From Limnothrix sp. BL-A-16 (GTDB lineage: Bacteria > Cyanobacteriota > Cyanobacteriia > CACIAM-69d): DNA of 64,000 nt. Under the pieces are notes generated by a model. It had not been told where the DNA came from. It saw nothing but the letters and a program-made list of their open reading frames with translations, and made no database searches. The DNA is taken from NCBI GenBank assembly GCA_041937175.2, contig CP166615.1, positions 2,304,001 through 2,368,000 of the forward strand, read 5' to 3'. The position numbers were made by a program, and so were the translations under genes. The first letter of the stretch is position 1. The number at the start of each line of letters is the position of its first letter. Below are positions 1-11,193 of this stretch, piece after piece.

Positions 1-213
1 TCCTGGGTGGCTGGCGAAAAGGCATCGGCTAATCCTTGGAATGCTTTGACATTGGAGTGGACGGTTTCTTCGCCGCCGCCTGAGCATAATTTTGTGGGTC
101 AGCCGGTTTTGAAAACGGGTCCCTATGATTACGGGGTGACGAAACGGGGTGCAAGCCGCAAGCCAATTTCGCAACTGAAGGCTTCCGATATTTTGAGTGG
201 TTCAACACGCTAG
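1..213 (+). CDS. ctaD: Cytochrome c oxidase subunit I, C-terminal fragment (5' end outside window)
   Basis: [21 protein letters not shown]...GPYDYG is the typical CoxI C-terminus; frame open from base 1; directly upstream of ctaE. Confidence 0.93.
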   Translation, partial: SWVAGEKASANPWNALTLEWTVSSPPPEHNFVGQPVLKTGPYDYGVTKRGASRKPISQLKASDILSGSTR

Positions 214-582
214 GAATTTGGATTCTCATAGCGCGGCAGCCGTAATTCATGGGGTCAACGTTGCGGAGTTGGTCGTGATGACAAGGGTCTTAATCCCTTG
301 TTGCTTAACGATCGAGTCACAGCAACAGGCCATTGAATTAACCGATGAATTAACCGATCGAAATCAGCTTGCCGTGCTAATAGGGTGATGAGGCAGTTGT
401 CGTGATCATGCAATGCACGCAGACCCTGTTCAGTTAGGGATCCTTGGCCAAGCATGATCACGCCCCGGTACTACCGATTATTGGAAGCCTCAACCCTCAA
501 AATGAAGTCTCAACCCTAAAAATCTGCGCAGGCTGGATTTCAAAATAGCTGTTCCATTGTCCTTCTTTTCTTTTGGGTTTCT

Positions 583-1197
583 ATGCAAGGTTCCGCAGTT
601 GATTCTCAACAGCCGATCGCCCTCGAAAGCACTAGTCATGGCAGCGAGGAACATCATCCCGATTTGCGGCTGTTCGGCATTGCTCTGTTTTTAGTGGCGG
701 AGGCGATGATCTTTTTGGGCCTGTTTGCGGCCTATCTAACCTTTCGATCGGTTGCGCCCAGTTGGCCCCCGGAAGGCACACCAAAACTGGAGCTATTGCT
801 GCCAGGAATTAACACCCTCATCCTGATTTCCAGTAGCTTTGTGATCCATAAGGGCGATGATGCCATTCGGGCCAATGATGTGAAGGGAATGCGCCTATGG
901 TTTGGGATCACAGCCGCCATGGGGGTCATCTTTTTGGTGGGTCAGCTTTATGAATATTTCCACTTGGAATTTAGCCTGACCACCAACCTGTTTGCGAGCA
1001 CCTTTTATGTGCTAACGGGCTTCCATGGACTGCACGTTTGCTTTGGGCTGTTTTTGATTTTGGCGGTGTTGTGGCGATCGCGCCGTGAGGGGCACTACAG
1101 CAACCAAAGCAAGTTTGGGATCGAGGCGGCCGAACTCTACTGGCATTTTGTGGACGTGGTGTGGATTGTGTTGTTTGCGCTGTTGTATTTGCTGTAG
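583..1197 (+). CDS. ctaE: Cytochrome c oxidase subunit III
   Basis: FLVAEAMIF, TGFHGLHV and YWHFVDVVW motifs. Confidence 0.96.
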   Translation: MQGSAVDSQQPIALESTSHGSEEHHPDLRLFGIALFLVAEAMIFLGLFAAYLTFRSVAPSWPPEGTPKLELLLPGINTLILISSSFVIHKGDDAIRANDVKGMRLWFGITAAMGVIFLVGQLYEYFHLEFSLTTNLFASTFYVLTGFHGLHVCFGLFLILAVLWRSRREGHYSNQSKFGIEAAELYWHFVDVVWIVLFALLYLL

Positions 1198-1450
1198 CTG
1201 TACCGGCCGCAAGAACATGAGGGCGATCGGGTGAACGTTGGTTAAAGCATTGGTTAACCTTTGCCCCCAAGTCCGTTCCAAATTGGCGACCCAGAGGAGG
1301 GCGATCGGGAGGAGATCCCCGATCGCCCTCTGTGCTGAATGGGTGATGCCTGAAGCACTTCACCGTTTCGTTAAGGAATCTTACATTTTTCGTAAATTCC
1401 GTTAATGTAAGAGCAGTACCTTACGCAATCAGCCCGGGATCGCGCTCAGG

Positions 1451-3223
1451 ATGGCTATTGAACACGGCATTGTTCTTGACTTTGCAACCGTCCTTGGAAC
1501 CTCCGCTATTGGCGGATATATCGCCAATAAGCTCCGACAACCGGTTATTTTGGGCTATTTGGTGACGGGTCTCATTATTGGTCCCTTCGGCTTGCAATTA
1601 CTCAGCGATGCAGCCCAAACGGAAGCCCTTGCGGAAATTGGGGTGGCGTTTCTGCTGTTTGCGTTGGGGATGGAATTTTCTCTCTCAGAATTGGGGCGCG
1701 TTCGCAAAATTGCGATCGAGGGTAGCCTGCTGCAACTGGGCTTAACCACCGCGATCGTGGCGGCGGCCACCACCCTCACCGGCTGGGCGAAGGATTTGCC
1801 CGAGGGGGTGTTTTTGGGGGTGGTGTTGGCCCTGTCGTCCACGGCGGTGGTACTGAAAACCTTGAGCGATCGGGGCGAAACCAACACCCCCCATGGTCAA
1901 GTGATGCTGGCGATTCTGATTGCTCAGGACATCGCTTTGGGGTTGATGTTGGCGGTGCTGCCCGCCTTGACCCAACCGGAAGACTTGGGGCAGGCGTTGG
2001 CGATCGCCCTGCTGAAGGCCTCGGCTTTTTTGGGGGCGGCCATCCTGGCAGGTAAATGGGTTGTGCCACGCTTAATGAGCGCAGTGGCAGCCACGGAAAG
2101 TAATGAAATTTTTCTGCTGACCACGATCGCCTGGTGTTTGGGTGTGGCCTTCGTGACGGCGGAACTGGGACTGTCGATCGAAATGGGAGCCTTTGTGGCG
2201 GGTGTGACGATTGCCGAACTCGACCAAGCCGATCAAGCCCTCTCGAAAATCTTGCCGTTGCGGGACACCTTCGCCAGCCTCTTTTTTGCTTCGATCGGGA
2301 TGTTAATTGATCCCCACCTGTTGATCGAAGAAATTTTTCCCATTTTGGGATTGGTGGTGCTGGTGATGATCGGCAAAGCGGCGATCGTCACTCCAGTGGT
2401 TTTGCGGTTTGGCTATTCCTTTAAAACAGCAGTTTTTGCCGGATTTGGCATTAACCAAATTGGAGAATTTTCTTTCATTTTGGCTGCCCAAGGCTTGGCC
2501 ATGGGCTTAATTGATAAAAAGCTGTATTTGCTGTTATTAGGAACCACTGCGATCGCCCTGATGCTGACCCCGCTATCTTTGGCCACTGCGCCTTGGATTG
2601 TGGAAGTGGCAGGGCGTTGGTCTTGGGTTAATAAGTATTTTTCGGGACTGGGGGAGCCAAAATTAACCTCCATGCCCGATGAATTGGCTGGGCAAGTGGT
2701 GGTAGCGGGCTATGGGCGGATTGGTCAAACCATTGTCAAAATTTTGCGCGATCAAGGCTATCCCGTTTTGGTGATTGACAACAGCGAAGCCGTTATTAAC
2801 AAACTGCGGGAAGCCAAAATTCCTTACCTATTTGGGGATGCGGATTCGGAGTTGGTGTTAGAAAAAGCCAGGATCGATCGCGCCAAGGCCCTGGCGATTG
2901 CGTTACCCGATCCCGCCAGTACCCGCTTGGTGTTGCAACATGCCTTGAAGATTGCCCCGGATTTGGATGCGATCGCCCGGGCCCGCGATGGTGCGGAAAT
3001 TGAGCGGCTGACCAACTTGGGAGCCAAGGAAGTGGTGCAACCGGAGTTTGAAGCGGCTTTGGAACTGACTTCTCATCTGTTGCTCACCTTGGGTGAAGAC
3101 GGCGACGATGTGCGCCAACTGACGGGGACGATTCGCCAAGACTGCTACGGCATCCATCCCCCCGCCCTAGCCTTAGCCATTGAGCCGCAGGCCGAACCGG
3201 AACCCCAGGAAATGGCCGCTTAG
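1451..3223 (+). CDS. CPA2/KefB-like cation:proton antiporter with C-terminal TrkA-N (RCK) domain
   Basis: About 12 hydrophobic segments, LSSTAVVLK and QDI motifs, GYGRIG Rossmann motif. Confidence 0.92.
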   Translation: MAIEHGIVLDFATVLGTSAIGGYIANKLRQPVILGYLVTGLIIGPFGLQLLSDAAQTEALAEIGVAFLLFALGMEFSLSELGRVRKIAIEGSLLQLGLTTAIVAAATTLTGWAKDLPEGVFLGVVLALSSTAVVLKTLSDRGETNTPHGQVMLAILIAQDIALGLMLAVLPALTQPEDLGQALAIALLKASAFLGAAILAGKWVVPRLMSAVAATESNEIFLLTTIAWCLGVAFVTAELGLSIEMGAFVAGVTIAELDQADQALSKILPLRDTFASLFFASIGMLIDPHLLIEEIFPILGLVVLVMIGKAAIVTPVVLRFGYSFKTAVFAGFGINQIGEFSFILAAQGLAMGLIDKKLYLLLLGTTAIALMLTPLSLATAPWIVEVAGRWSWVNKYFSGLGEPKLTSMPDELAGQVVVAGYGRIGQTIVKILRDQGYPVLVIDNSEAVINKLREAKIPYLFGDADSELVLEKARIDRAKALAIALPDPASTRLVLQHALKIAPDLDAIARARDGAEIERLTNLGAKEVVQPEFEAALELTSHLLLTLGEDGDDVRQLTGTIRQDCYGIHPPALALAIEPQAEPEPQEMAA

Positions 3224-3359
3224 CAGGCTATTGGGGCTTGGAGCGCTGTTGAGAGCCACGGCCCGGCATTGCCCGGGATCAGTCGGCTCGATCGACCCGT
3301 AAGCTGTTGATGACCCTCCACAGGCGACGCAGGCCGTTGGTCTAGTACAATCAACGGCT

Positions 3360-4370
3360 ATGCGAATTTTGATCTTGGGCGGAACAACCTTTCTGGGGCG
3401 GCATCTGGTGGATGCGGCCGTGGCTCGCGGCCATGAGGTCACTATCCTGACGCGGGGGCGGCGCAACCCGGAACCCTTCCCAGCGGTGGAGCGGCTGGTG
3501 GGCGATCGACTCACGGATGACCTGGCTGCCCTGAGCGATCGCACCTGGGACAGCGCGATCGATACCAGCGCGATCGTGCCCCGAGCCGCTCGCCACACGG
3601 CCGCCCGGCTCCAGAATGCTGTAGGTCACTACGTTTACCTATCCAGCATTTCCGTTTACGAAGATTTTGGGTTACCGGGGATCACGGAAAACGATCCCCT
3701 GCGATCACCCCTCTTGGATGACCAAGCCTCGATCGAAACCGGCGATGACTACGGGGCCCTGAAAGCGGGTTGCGAGCAACTGTTGGGCGAATCCTTTGGC
3801 GATCGGTTACTGATTGCTCGCCCCAGCTTGATCGTGGGGCCCCATGACCCCACCGATCGCTTCACTTACTGGGTGCGTCGCCTGGCCCAGGGTGGTGACC
3901 TGTTAGCCCCATCACCGCCGGAACAGTGGGTGCAACTGATCGATGCCCGTGATTTGGCTGCTTGGCTGATCAAAACCTGCGAAACCCAGCGATCGGGGGT
4001 TTACAACGTTGGCACTGCCGAAAAATCCCTCACCCTCGACAAGGTGTTGGATGAATGTGCTCGGGTCACCCGCAGCGATGCGCTGATCGATTGGGTGCAT
4101 GAGGACTTTTTGCTAGAGGCGGGGGTTGCGCCCTGGACAGAGCTGCCCCTTTGGATTCCCAGCAGAGAGGCTCCCATGCGCGGCTTCACCAGCATGGACA
4201 CTCGCCGGGCGGCGGCGGCCGGCCTGAAATGTCGTCCTCTGGCGGGCACGGTGCGGGATCTGTGGTCTTGGGATCGATCGCGCCAAGCGGATTTGAAAGC
4301 AGGCCTTTCGCCGGAACGGGAACAGCAGCTTTTGGCACAGTGGCGCGCGAACCAAGCTCGCTGGTTGTAA
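3360..4370 (+). CDS. NAD-dependent epimerase/dehydratase (extended SDR) family protein
   Basis: N-terminal ILILGGTTFLG and YGALK (YxxxK) motif. Confidence 0.88.
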   Translation: MRILILGGTTFLGRHLVDAAVARGHEVTILTRGRRNPEPFPAVERLVGDRLTDDLAALSDRTWDSAIDTSAIVPRAARHTAARLQNAVGHYVYLSSISVYEDFGLPGITENDPLRSPLLDDQASIETGDDYGALKAGCEQLLGESFGDRLLIARPSLIVGPHDPTDRFTYWVRRLAQGGDLLAPSPPEQWVQLIDARDLAAWLIKTCETQRSGVYNVGTAEKSLTLDKVLDECARVTRSDALIDWVHEDFLLEAGVAPWTELPLWIPSREAPMRGFTSMDTRRAAAAGLKCRPLAGTVRDLWSWDRSRQADLKAGLSPEREQQLLAQWRANQARWL

Positions 4371-4973
4371 GAGCTTGGGCGGGCGGCTGGGCCCAATCGA
4401 CGGTCAGGAATTGATCAGACTGTGCCGTTGATTAACCTTCAGTGCTGAAATCTCTGTGTCCCAAAAATCCGAAATCGAGCAACAAAGTGATGCTCGCCCA
4501 AGTTTTGATCGAGTTAGTTTCCGACGTTGGGTGATGGCCTTGTCGGTTGGCCTTGCCTCTAGACTGGTCGGTTGATGGGCCCCTGTTAGCGATCATGATG
4601 TTGGCCCTTGACCAGATTCACCAGTGATCTGGATCGCGTTGGAGATCTGGATCAGTCACGCGGGGGCTAGAAAGCAGTCACCCAAAGACCTTGAGCCGAT
4701 CGCCCCTGCAAAACCAAGGAATCACGGCCAGAGGGGAGGGCGATCGCTGAATTGATCAGTAATTTTGGCAATCATAACGAAGAGAATTCACCCACCCGTC
4801 TGATCTCCGTCGATCGGGGGCGTGAGTTCAATTCCCCGCACGGCCCACGGGGCAGCGGGGCCTAACGCCATGCCTTGGATCGCTTGGCGTTAGGCGTTTC
4901 AAGCAATTAAAAAATTGCCCACTCAGCCGCTGCTGCCGGGGAAGCATCGCCGTCTAGACCCAACTCTGAGCCA

Positions 4974-7265
4974 ATGATTGCGAAAATCCCCACAACCATC
5001 AATCCCATGGAGTCTCCTCCTCGCCCTCCCGATATTTCTGCCCGGGTCAAGCGGCGATCGCTGGCTTGGGTGTTAACGTTTCCGTTTGTGAGCCTTTCCT
5101 GTGCGGCGGTGGTGGTGGCCGGGGCCCTATCCCTGTGGGCTGGCGAGCGATCGGTGCAAGAGCTGTCCGATCGCCTGCACCTACAACTGCGGGAACGAAT
5201 TCGCGGTGGCCTAGCCCAATACTTTGAGCAACCCAAGCGGGCCACCCGCCTGTTTCTGATGGCCCTCAATTCTGGGTTGGTGTCCCCCCAGAATTTGCAA
5301 CAGGTGGGGCAATATAGCTGGCAATTACGCCAGGCCTTCGATGCCAGCTACATCAACTTTGGTTTAGCCACGGGGGAGTTTGCAGGTTCCGGTGTGGGGC
5401 GGGATGGGCTGATTGTGGGGGAGCGATCGGCCGCCTTGGGCTGGCGCTATGAGGAATATCGGGCCGATCGGCTGGGTCGTCGCCAGCAACGGCTGGGGGT
5501 GTATTCCTATGACCACCGCAAAGAACCCTGGTATCAGGCGGCCATTCGGCGCAACCGTCCCAGTTGGAGTGCCATTTACGCCTGGGATAGCACCCCAGAG
5601 TTTGTGTCGATTAACTATGCCGTTCCCTTTCGCGATCGCAATGGCCAACCGATCGGGGCGATCGGGGTTGACCTGTTGCTGGCCCGCATCAGCGCCATGC
5701 TCAAGGAGTTGAACGTTCACCCAGAATTAACCATCACCATTCTGGAGCGGAACGGCAACTTGGTTGCCAGCAGCAACGAGCAACCCCTGTTTGTGCTCAA
5801 AACCTCCGAACAGGGATCAACCCTAGAGCGCATCACGGCCCGCACCAGTAATGATCTGCGATTGGTCGCCGCCTTCGATCATTTGAATCAAAAAGGCGGT
5901 TTGGGGGCCGTGGTTAGTCCCCTATCAGAAACCTTCCAGGTCGATCACCAAACCTATCTCCTCTGGACTTCCCCTTGGCGAGATCCCGATGGCCTCGATT
6001 GGGTGATTGTGGCCACCGTGCCTCGATCGGCCTTCATGGGACAAATTGAGGCGAATCGCCGCGTCACAACCCTGCTCTGCGGTTTGGTGATCGTCCTGGC
6101 TGTGTTTCTGGGCCTGGTGATGGCGCGGCGTTTGGGGCGGCCCGTGCAGTCCCTAGCCGGAGCAGCCGGCCAGTTGGCGGCCGGTCAGCTTAACCATCGA
6201 GCGGAAACCTTTGATATTCGCGAATTGGATGAGCTGGCCCAGGCCTTTAACCGCATGGCCGACCACCTCCGCAATTCCCTGATTGCTTTGGAATCCGCCA
6301 ATCAAACCCTAGAAAGTCGGGTGACCACAAGGACAGCCGATTTAGCCCAGGCCCTTGAGAATCTCAAAAGTGCCCAGGCTCAATTGATTCAGACTGAAAA
6401 AATGTCCAGCTTGGGGCAAATGGTGGCGGGTATTGCCCACGAAATCAATAATCCCGTTGCATTTATCCATGGCAACTTAGGGGTGTTGCGGCAATACATT
6501 GAAGAACTCACGGATTGTTTCACCCTGTTGGGACTCACGCAATCTGGGAACGGGTCAGGGGCGATCGACCCGGCAGCCGGTGCCACCATCGACACAGAGG
6601 AATTAACCTTTGTGCTGGATGACTTGCCGAATCTGATCCAATCCATGGAGGAAGGCACGCGGCGGATTCAGGAAATTGTGCAGGGCCTGCGTAACTTTTC
6701 ACGTTTAGATCAAGTAGATCTCAAACCTGTGAGCTTGCATGATGGCCTCGACAGCACATTGCTGATGTTGTCCCATCGCCTAAAGCGGTATAGCGATCGC
6801 CCAGAAATTCGAGTTGTTAAGCAATACGGCGACCTGCAACCCGTTTGGTGCTATCCCGGTCAGCTCAACCAGGTATTCATCAATCTCCTCAGCAACGCGA
6901 TCGAGGCCCTCGATCAGGCCTGGCAGCAGCAGATAGCTCAACAAAGCTCAGGAGAAACTGCCCAATGGACACCCACCATCACCCTGCAAACGGTGGCCCT
7001 GAAAACCGACCAGGGCCCCCAAGCGGAATTGGTCATTCAAGACAATGGCATCGGCATTTCCGAAACCATTCGCCATCGGTTATTTGATCCCTTCTTCACC
7101 ACCAAGCCGGTGGGCAAGGGAACCGGCCTAGGGCTAGCGATCGCCTATCAAATCGTGGTCGATCGCCACGGGGGCCAAATCAACTGTGAATCGACATTGG
7201 GGAAAGGAACCACATTTCGGCTGCGGTTACCGGTGGGGCGGCCAGCCACTGACCCGATCGCGTAG
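4974..7265 (+). CDS. Membrane sensor histidine kinase (Cache-like periplasmic domain, HAMP, HisKA, HATPase)
   Basis: Two TM helices around a Cache-like region, HEINNP H-box, DNGIGI, PFFTTK and GTGLGL boxes. Confidence 0.92.
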   Translation: MIAKIPTTINPMESPPRPPDISARVKRRSLAWVLTFPFVSLSCAAVVVAGALSLWAGERSVQELSDRLHLQLRERIRGGLAQYFEQPKRATRLFLMALNSGLVSPQNLQQVGQYSWQLRQAFDASYINFGLATGEFAGSGVGRDGLIVGERSAALGWRYEEYRADRLGRRQQRLGVYSYDHRKEPWYQAAIRRNRPSWSAIYAWDSTPEFVSINYAVPFRDRNGQPIGAIGVDLLLARISAMLKELNVHPELTITILERNGNLVASSNEQPLFVLKTSEQGSTLERITARTSNDLRLVAAFDHLNQKGGLGAVVSPLSETFQVDHQTYLLWTSPWRDPDGLDWVIVATVPRSAFMGQIEANRRVTTLLCGLVIVLAVFLGLVMARRLGRPVQSLAGAAGQLAAGQLNHRAETFDIRELDELAQAFNRMADHLRNSLIALESANQTLESRVTTRTADLAQALENLKSAQAQLIQTEKMSSLGQMVAGIAHEINNPVAFIHGNLGVLRQYIEELTDCFTLLGLTQSGNGSGAIDPAAGATIDTEELTFVLDDLPNLIQSMEEGTRRIQEIVQGLRNFSRLDQVDLKPVSLHDGLDSTLLMLSHRLKRYSDRPEIRVVKQYGDLQPVWCYPGQLNQVFINLLSNAIEALDQAWQQQIAQQSSGETAQWTPTITLQTVALKTDQGPQAELVIQDNGIGISETIRHRLFDPFFTTKPVGKGTGLGLAIAYQIVVDRHGGQINCESTLGKGTTFRLRLPVGRPATDPIA

Positions 7266-7527
7266 GGCCCCTTTTCAATTCGGATAAGTCAAGAAAACCT
7301 GACATTTCCTGAAGTGGGTTTTGTTCATCCGGATCAACATGTCATGAAATCTTGATATTTGGCTTGATCGCCCTCGACGGGTGGGGATCGAGTTCAGTAG
7401 GATAACGGCCATCAAGAGCTGAGATTGGGATCGCCCATCCCAAACCGTGCCCAAGGCACCATTGCTGCTATTGACGTGCGATCGCCCTTTGATGGCCTGC
7501 CCTATTCGCTGAGGAGCTTTCGAGTTG

Positions 7528-8898
7528 ATGAGCGCGCCCAAAGAACGTCCACCCCTAGAGGAAATGACACTGCGCCAACTGCGCCGTGTTGCCAGCGAGT
7601 TAGGTATCTCGCGCTATAGCCGAATGCGGAAAGATCAGCTTTTGGCCTCCATTCAGACCAAATCGGCTGGTCTGCCGGCATCCAGCCCTACGCCACCCAC
7701 CGCCCCGCCAGCCATCGCCCAAGTTATTCCCGTTCGTACCATTGAGGCCCAAGAAGCTGTGGAAGCTGCAAAATTCGACCTCGGACAACCGAACAACCTC
7801 GCCGACCTCTCCGAAGAGCTGATTTTGGATCCGGAAACGCTCTCCGGTGTTGATGAAGGATTGCCCGACCTGCCCGGTGGCTATGGCGAAAGTCGGATTC
7901 TTCTGTTGCCTCGCGATCCCCAATGGGCCTACACCTACTGGGACATTCCCAACGAGCACAAAGCGGAGTTGCGGGCCCAGGGTGGTCTTCAGCTTGCGTT
8001 ACGGGTTTATGACGTGACCGATTTGGACTTGAGTGTCCAACGGGCCCACACGGTTCAAGAGTTCCCCTGCGATGAATTGGCTCGGGAATGGTACTTGCCC
8101 ATTCCAATCAGCGATCGGGACTACGCGATCGAAATTGGTTACCGTTGCGGCGATGGCCGGTGGCTGGTGCTGGCGCGATCGGCCCCGGTTCGGATTCCGC
8201 CCGTGTATCCCTCCGACTGGATCGAAGACGTATTTGTAACCGTTGATTGGGAACAGGATCTGCGCGGCACCACCGTCGCCACCCTGATTCCGCCCGCCCA
8301 AAAAGCTGCCCAAGCTGCCGAAAACGCCATTTACCAACAGGTGTTTGGGATGGCCGCTGGAGTCGAAGCCATGCGCGTGGCCGGTTCCCTCTTTGGTTCC
8401 ATGCAGCATGTGCCCGGTTCCGTTCCCGCTGGCTCGATCCAACACCTGGGCGAGCAAGCCATCAGTTCCTACGTCTTCCCTTCTGGCGTGGGCATGTGGG
8501 CTGGTGCGGTGGGTGCGCCGGGTCTGCCGGGGGCCCTGTCAGCCTCGGGCATGGGCATGTCCGGTGTAGGCATGATGATGTCTGGGATTGGGTTTGGGGC
8601 CTCGATGCCACCGATCCGCCCGCGTCAATTCTGGCTGGTGGCCGATGCGGAACTGATTGTTTACGGAGCCACGGAACCCGATGCCACGGTGACGATCGGC
8701 GGACAACCGATCAAACTGAATCCCGATGGGACGTTCCGCTTCCAGATGTCCTTCCAGGACGGCATGATCGACTACCCGATCATGGCGGTGGCGGCCGATG
8801 GCGAACAGACCCGATCGGTTCACATGAAGTTCGAGCGCCAAACGCCCGCCCGCAACACCAACAGCAAGGAAGAAGCCAAGTTGGAGTGGCTGTCTTAA
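7528..8898 (+). CDS. Rho-N-like plus DUF4912 domain cyanobacterial protein
   Basis: LEEMTLRQLR...YSRMRKDQL N-terminus, LLPRDPQWAYTYWD, C-terminal FWLVADAELIVYGATEP; GAGGAG RBS at 7511. Confidence 0.85.
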   Translation: MSAPKERPPLEEMTLRQLRRVASELGISRYSRMRKDQLLASIQTKSAGLPASSPTPPTAPPAIAQVIPVRTIEAQEAVEAAKFDLGQPNNLADLSEELILDPETLSGVDEGLPDLPGGYGESRILLLPRDPQWAYTYWDIPNEHKAELRAQGGLQLALRVYDVTDLDLSVQRAHTVQEFPCDELAREWYLPIPISDRDYAIEIGYRCGDGRWLVLARSAPVRIPPVYPSDWIEDVFVTVDWEQDLRGTTVATLIPPAQKAAQAAENAIYQQVFGMAAGVEAMRVAGSLFGSMQHVPGSVPAGSIQHLGEQAISSYVFPSGVGMWAGAVGAPGLPGALSASGMGMSGVGMMMSGIGFGASMPPIRPRQFWLVADAELIVYGATEPDATVTIGGQPIKLNPDGTFRFQMSFQDGMIDYPIMAVAADGEQTRSVHMKFERQTPARNTNSKEEAKLEWLS

Positions 8899-9875
8899 GG
8901 GCAAGCTAATCTTGCGCCAATCTCATGTCCGTTTTGAGCTGGTTTGCATTCCTTGATTCAACCAGTTTCTAAACAGTTGTTACTTGGTGCTGGAGTTCTT
9001 GCTCGCGTTCATTAACTTGTTCTAGTTCCTCGGATCGCCCATGACCTCGTTGCAGGTCTGGGCGATTTCTGATGTTTATCAAATTAGTTATTCACAAAAA
9101 TTCAAAAATCCATAAAGAATCTACAAAAACTCACCGAATGATTCATACAAAGTCATTCATTAATCGTCATTGATCAATGGTCGCGACTCAAAAATCGTGA
9201 CTCAAAACACGATTAGAAACAAATCAAGGCAAACAGAAACAAGGCAATTGTCAACCATGATGCAGAAGTAGGAAAAGCGTAATAATTTTTTATCGTATTT
9301 TCACATCATTATTTGATAATTTGTCATTCTTTTGAGTCTAATTAGGTCTGATATTGAAGATTTTTGACAAAACCGGTGTTTGAACGGAAAGCCCTAAAAT
9401 CAATTCGTATTCTGGAAGTATATTGATGGGCAGAGCAACGGGGCAGAGCTAGCGAGGCAATTACCCTCATCATTACACTGCCCGATCGGGTGCATTTTTA
9501 GACCGGACTGAAAATTCTGCCCCAACCCCAGGAGAACACTGGCCCGCGCTCCGATGGCTCAACCTCAACTGGATCAACATCAACAAACGCGATCGGCCCC
9601 ACGGCCATGACTCAATCGTCAGAAAATAAACAGCCCAAGAACTCCGATTTCAATCGCTGAATGGAGTTGGTATTGGATTGGACAGTTTGCCAAGACCAGT
9701 GATGCGGCTTCAGGGTGAATGCTGAGACTATGGAGCGATCGCCTCAGGGAAAGTTTTAGCTGGGAGGATTGGGGCGATGCAAGGATGGGTGGAAATGTAT
9801 CAACAAATTGCACAGGTTTTGGGGGCGATCGGGGGGCGATCGGGGCGCTGTCCCGGATTGGTCATTGATAGCCAA

Positions 9876-10199
9876 ATGGTGCGCGATCGCCTGAGTTCCG
9901 TAAACACAATGCTGATCGATCTATTACAGTCCTTAATTTTGGCCGCCAGCTTGGGTTTTCTGATTCCCGTGGCGGGTTTGGGAATTTTGCTGCTGGCGAT
10001 CGGGGTTTGGGTTTACGTGCCGGTTTTGAATATGATTGCGGCCACGACATTGCAACACATCATTTTATTTTTAACTGTTTTTGGTAATGGCTCCCCCATT
10101 CAAGGCACGTTAATCATTGGGTTGGCCTGTAGCTTTGTTTGCGTTTTATTTGATGCGTTTGTGTTTTATCAATATCGCAACCTGCGCCGAGAAGGTTAG
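9876..10199 (+). CDS. Conserved cyanobacterial small membrane protein (start uncertain: 9777, 9876 or 9909)
   Basis: Hydrophobic ORF ending FLTVFGNGSP...LFDAFVFYQY, resembling a recurrent cyanobacterial hypothetical family. Confidence 0.7.
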   Translation: MVRDRLSSVNTMLIDLLQSLILAASLGFLIPVAGLGILLLAIGVWVYVPVLNMIAATTLQHIILFLTVFGNGSPIQGTLIIGLACSFVCVLFDAFVFYQYRNLRREG

Positions 10200-10350
10200 A
10201 GGTGTCGTCGTTTCGCCGAAAACCCTGATTCCGCCGCGAGCCGATCGTTGGGCAGCAAGGGGCTTAAGCCCCTTGTTACGACAGTTGAGGCAAGGAAAAT
10301 CAGCCGTTTCAGTTTGTTTTAGCTGGCACTCAGGAAATGACGACAGGCCC
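10199..10350. mobile_element. MITE-like element, family A
   Basis: Imperfect TIRs GAGGTGTCGTC...GACGACAGGCCC, TA on both sides, central palindrome CAAGGGGCTTAAGCCCCTTG (10256-10275); homologous copies at 35157, 48281 and 60519. Confidence 0.75.
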
Positions 10351-10535
10351 TAGGGTTTGGGGCAAATTTCTCTTAGTTATTTCCCCTAGTTATTTGCCCT
10401 AGCAATGTCTTCTGGCAATTTGCCCTAGCTTAATCCTGTGGTTGCCGGATTCTAGGGATCGGAAACCGCTGCTTGATGCTTTCGGGGTGAGAGCTTCAGC
10501 CTGCTAGCGCAATTCTAAAGTAATGTTGGAAGACA

Positions 10536-10566
10536 CAAAAAAAGCGCACGAGCGTACGCCTTTTTG
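10536..10566 (-). terminator. Possible intrinsic terminator downstream of psbK
   Basis: Weak hairpin flanked by A7 and T5 tracts. Confidence 0.4.
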
Positions 10567-10849
10567 GTCAGATTTTTGATTAGGAGATAATGAAAATCTG
10601 AGTTGATCTAATTCAGGAAAGCTGTGTTGAACTGAACTGAATCAGTGGGCGATCACTCCCGATCGCGCGCTCAACTGTCCAGCCGTTGAGCCAAAACCCA
10701 GACGAGCAACCTCAGGTCATTAAGCTCAAAGAAGCTTAGAGAAACTCAGCAAGACTGGGACAGAATTGGACGCTTTTGGACAATTTTGGATGAGGACGGG
10801 GTTCAGCAGGCTGGCTTTCAGCCTAGGTCTAGCCGAAAGGTGTCGTGCT

Positions 10850-10987
10850 TTAGCGGAAACCAACAGCAGCTTGCCACACAAAGGCCAGCGCCAGGAACAG
10901 CAAAGGGATAATCGGCAGAACGTCAACCAACGGCGAGAAGGCGGAGTAAGCTTCGGGCAACTTGGCCAACAGCAAGGCGGCTTCCAT
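10850..10987 (-). CDS. psbK: Photosystem II reaction centre protein K (45 aa, not in the ORF track)
   Basis: Manual translation [53 protein letters not shown] upstream. Confidence 0.98.
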   Translation of the reverse strand: MEAALLLAKLPEAYSAFSPLVDVLPIIPLLFLALAFVWQAAVGFR

Positions 10988-11161
10988 TGTGGGTATCCTC
11001 TCCAACACGAATTTTATTAAAAGCTGCCGAAAATTCTATCAGAAAACAGGGGTTCCAGCCCCGCCCTTTTGGGGGCTGCAACGATCGCCGCCTGCCCACC
11101 CCAATTCACCGCTGGCCGATCGGGATTCGATCCTGAGCCAGGAAAAACAGGAAAAAACACG

Positions 11162-11193
11162 AAAAAAGCGCCGGCTCTGTCGAACGGCGCTTT
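11162..11193 (-). terminator. Intrinsic terminator
   Basis: GCGCCG/CGGCGC stem followed by T6 on the minus strand. Confidence 0.7.

Noticed and set aside
4816..4840. tRNA/tmRNA-like GTTCAATTCCC
   Set aside because: No cloverleaf or acceptor stem can be built around it
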